The notes below the pieces were generated by a model. That model saw only the letters and a program-made list of their open reading frames with translations, was not told the origin of the DNA and made no database searches. This document shows positions 60,388-64,000 of a stretch of 64,000 nt of DNA, piece by piece. The stretch lies in NCBI RefSeq assembly GCF_006345805.1, contig NC_043021.1:17050001-17114000 (forward strand), given 5' to 3'. Positions within the stretch are counted from its first letter, which is position 1; the number at the start of each line of letters is the position of its first letter. Source of the stretch: Octopus sinensis. Taxonomy: Eukaryota. The translations under genes and the position numbers were made by a program.

Positions 60388-60390
60388 ATT

Positions 60391-60448
<58 letters not shown>

Positions 60449-61264
60449 TTCTACAAGAGGCATATCTGTGTGGTAAGAAGCTTACTTCCCAACCAAATGG
60501 TTCCAGGTTCAATCCCACTGCACGGCACCTTGGACAAGCTTCAGGCTGGTGGATTTGGTAGAAGGAAACTAGAAGAAGCCTGTCATGTGTGTATGTGTGT
60601 GAGTGTGTATGTGTGTCTGTGTATAGGAAGCCTCTATATGGCCATTCGAGGTGCTAAAAAGAGCAACTAAAACTCACCCAACAAACAAGCCTTAAAATTA
60701 TAAAAATAAGGAAGGACACAATCGACACTGCATTCCTGGATGTTGCTGTGGCTAAATAAAAGTCTGGGTAGAGAGATAGTCACGGTTGGAATGCACTTGA
60801 TCTAATGGAAGTCGAGTAGGAGCCGCGTAGGAGCAACAAAACGACAACAACAGGTCGTTTTGTTTATGTCTTTCAGTCAACACAAAATAAGTTATCAGTG
60901 AACAACAGAGAGAGAGAGGGAGGGAAGGGGGGGCAGCCTTGTCCACTGTACCTCCTCCTTCCACAAAAACGGTGACCTTGTGTCTGTGTCTGTCTCCTCC
61001 TCCCCCTCCTCCTACTATCACTAACTTTTGTGTTCTTCTCTCACTGAGTCCTTTATAGAAAAGTTCTGAAGCAAGTTCTGTTTATGTTGTAGAAACAGAG
61101 CAGAACTATATCTTTCTACTCTCTCTCTCTCTCATTACTTCTATACTTTTTTTACTTCCTCTCTATTCTGTCCTTCACACAATCTACTTTCTCCCTCTCT
61201 CTCTCTCTAATTTACTTTTCTTACCACAGACACAAAACACTACTCTTTCTCTCCCTGCTATTCT

Positions 61265-61444
61265 TACCACAAATTTTACACACACACACACACTTTCTTT
61301 CTCTCTCTCTCACACACACACTTTCTCTCTCTCTCTCTCATCACACACACACACACTTTCTCTCTCTCACACACACATACACTTTCTCTCTCTCACACAC
61401 ACACACACACTTTCTCTCTCTCACACACATACACACACACACTT

Positions 61445-61478
<34 letters not shown>

Positions 61479-61532
61479 TTTCTCTCTCTCACACACACAC
61501 ACACACACACTCTCTCTCTCTCACACACACAC
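61265..61532. repeat. Alternating (CA)n / TTT(CT)n blocks
   Basis: Direct reading. Confidence 0.92.
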
Positions 61533-62127
61533 AAAACATTCTATTTATCTCTCTACCCACACCTCCTACTATAAACACAGACTACTTTCTCTCTCCCTCC
61601 CTCCCTCTATCTCTCATCATCCTTTCACATGCTTTCCTCTCCTCCCCCCACTCTACTCTGTCAAAATATCTCTACCCACCACTTCTCCTCCTCCTCCTCC
61701 GTCTTTCGCTCATTCTCCCCCACACACACACTTTATTCCCCTCGCTCACACAGTCTACTCTCTCCTCACCTCTGCTACTATAAACAACACTACACTTAAC
61801 GAAAACCTCTCCTAAACAAATACACATCCGGCTATCTCAACCAGATAAACAAAACCAAACTATAATATCCAAGATATTGTGTTCAGTTTCTTTTTTTGTC
61901 CTAAGCCTTGAAGATCAGGTTAATTCAAACAATCACCACCTCCTACTCCCCCACACCACCCCAGTTCCTCTTACCACCCTCACTCCCCCCACTTACGCTC
62001 GTCTGCAGAGACAGGAATGGCCAACTGGATAAGGCATCGGATAACCAGTTCATCAGATCCACTGCAGGTGTTTTGCACTTTAGATCCACATGCATGCGCA
62101 CACACACATATATATAAATATACACAT

Positions 62128-63152
62128 ACAGGTATTCCGTTGGTAACGACGAGGGTTCCAGTAGGTCCGATCGACGGAACAGCCAGCCTGATCGTGAAAT
62201 TTATGTGCAAGTGGCTGAGTACTCCACAGACACACGTAACTTAGGGTAGTTCTCTGGGAGATGCGGCATGACACAGAGTGTGACAAGGCTGGCCCCTTTA
62301 AAACACAGGTACAATTCATTTTTTGGTAACGACGAGGGTTCCAGTAGGTCCGATCGACGGAACAGCCTGCTCGTGAAATTTATGTGCAAGTGGCTGAGCG
62401 CTCCACAGACACACGTAACTTAGGGTAGTTCTCTGGGAGATGCGGCATGACACAGAGTGTGACAAGGCTGGCCCCTTTAAAACACAGGTACAATTCATTT
62501 TTTGGTAACGACGAGGGTTCCAGTAGGTCCGATCGACGGAACAGCCTGCTCGTGAAATTTATGTGCAAGTGGCTGAGCGCTCCACAGACACACGTAACTT
62601 AGGGTAGTTCTCTGGGAGATGCGGCATGACACAGAGTGTGACAAGGCTGGCCCCTTTAAAACACAGGTACAATTCATTTTTTGGTAACGACGAGGGTTCC
62701 AGTAGGTCCGATCGACGGAACAGCCAGCCTGATCGTGAAATTTATGTGCAAGTGGCTGAGCACTCCACAGACACACGTACCCTTGGCGTAGTTCTCTGGG
62801 AGATGCGGCATGACACGGAGTGTGACAAGGCTGGCCCCTTTAAAACACAGGTACAATTCATTTTTTGGTAACGACGAGGGTTCCAGTAGGTCCGATCGAC
62901 GGAACAGCCAGCCTGATCGTGAAATTTATGTGCAAGTGGCTGAGCACTCCACAGACACACGTACCCTTGGCGTAGTTCTCTGGGAGATGCGGCATGACAC
63001 GGAGTGTGACAAGGCTGGCCCCTTTAAAACACAGGTACAATTCATTTTTTTTTGTTAGCTGGGTGGACTGGAGCAATGTCTGAGATAAAGTGTCTTCCTC
63101 AAGGACGCGACTCAATGCCAGGAATTGAACACACGACCTTACAATCCTAAGG
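62128..63152 (-). mobile_element. tRNA-derived SINE whose 3' half is tandemly repeated five times (179-184 bp units)
   Basis: One head at about 63055-63152. GGTAACGACGAGGG starts at 62142, 62325, 62504, 62683 and 62867. Confidence 0.88.
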
Positions 63153-63282
63153 AATAAGCTATGCAGTATAAAGTTATACGAGGGAATAAAAAAAGCTCTA
63201 ATTACAACATTTGCTTCTGTGGAGTGGCAACAGCTGTTGCTTACATGTTATGAGGTCTTTACCCAGATAATATTCAATACAT

Positions 63283-63454
63283 AGGCGCAGGAGTGGCTGT
63301 GTGGTAAGCAGCTTGCTTACCAACCACGTGGCTCCGGGTTCAGTCCCACTGCGTGGCATCTTGGGCAAGTGTCTTCCACTATTGCCTCGGGCCGACCAAA
63401 GCCTTGTGAGTGGATTTGGTAGACGGAAACTGAAAGAAGCCCGTCGTATATATG

Positions 63455-63511
<57 letters not shown>

Positions 63512-63672
63512 ATGTTTATGTGTTTGTGTCTGTGTTTGTCCCCCTAGCATTGCTTGACAACCGATAGAATAAGTACTGGGCTTACAAAGAATAAGTCCTG
63601 GGGTCAATTTGCTCGACTAATGGCGGTGCTCCAGCATGGCCGCAGTCAAATGACTGAAACAAGTAAAAGAGT
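63283..63672 (+). mobile_element. SINE family A with an internal deletion
   Basis: Match to 54060-54470 but lacking the segment between CAACCGAT and AGAATAAG. Confidence 0.88.
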
Positions 63673-64000
63673 ATATATATTTATATAGGCGCAGGACTGG
63701 CAGTATGGTAAGAAGTTTGCTTCCCAACCACAAGGTTTCGGGTTCAGTCCCTTTGTGTGACACCTTGGGCAAGTGTCTTCTACTATAGCCTCAGGCTGAC
63801 CAAAACCAAAACTCAAGGTTTTGGTAGATGGAAACTGAAAGAAGCCCATCATGTGTGTGTGTGTGTGGCGTTAGGAAGGGCATCCAGAAACTCTGCTAGA
63901 TCAGATTGGAGCCTGGTGCAGCCATCTGGCCCACCAGTCCCCAGTCAAACTGTCCAACCCATGCCAGCATGGAAAGCAGACGATGATGGTGATATACACA

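Noticed and set aside
6520-62056. Other CTGATGA / TCATCAG hits (about 6520, 7613, 12000, 24875, 26352, 62050)
   Set aside because: No correctly spaced helix II plus GAAA plus NUH, so not counted as hammerheads.

Overview
AT-rich, microsatellite- and SINE-dense animal genomic DNA. The repeat families look like those of octopus, but that is my inference from memory, not a database result. Two protein-coding loci are supported. (1) The last four coding exons of the DEAH-box G-quadruplex helicase DHX36 (+ strand, 629-4720), whose final intron uses a non-canonical GC donor. (2) A type I membrane protein with LRRs and one Ig domain (- strand, 30920-32842, about 640 aa), coded without introns and ending in a PDZ-type motif. 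The rest is several tRNA-derived SINE families, hAT- and piggyBac-type MITEs, mariner relics, mini- and microsatellites. The most striking unexplained structure is a set of short elements sitting next to (TA)n tracts. They carry hammerhead-ribozyme cores of the Penelope-like (PLE) type: one near-complete at 57652-57742, one at 58324-58361, and decayed ones at about 20317, 44168-44250, 59804-59837 and 60049-60087. Many are arranged as long, near-perfect palindromes, and one palindrome (44984-45103) is centred on what looks like a hammerhead stem-III palindrome. All coordinates and folds were read by eye; none were computed.
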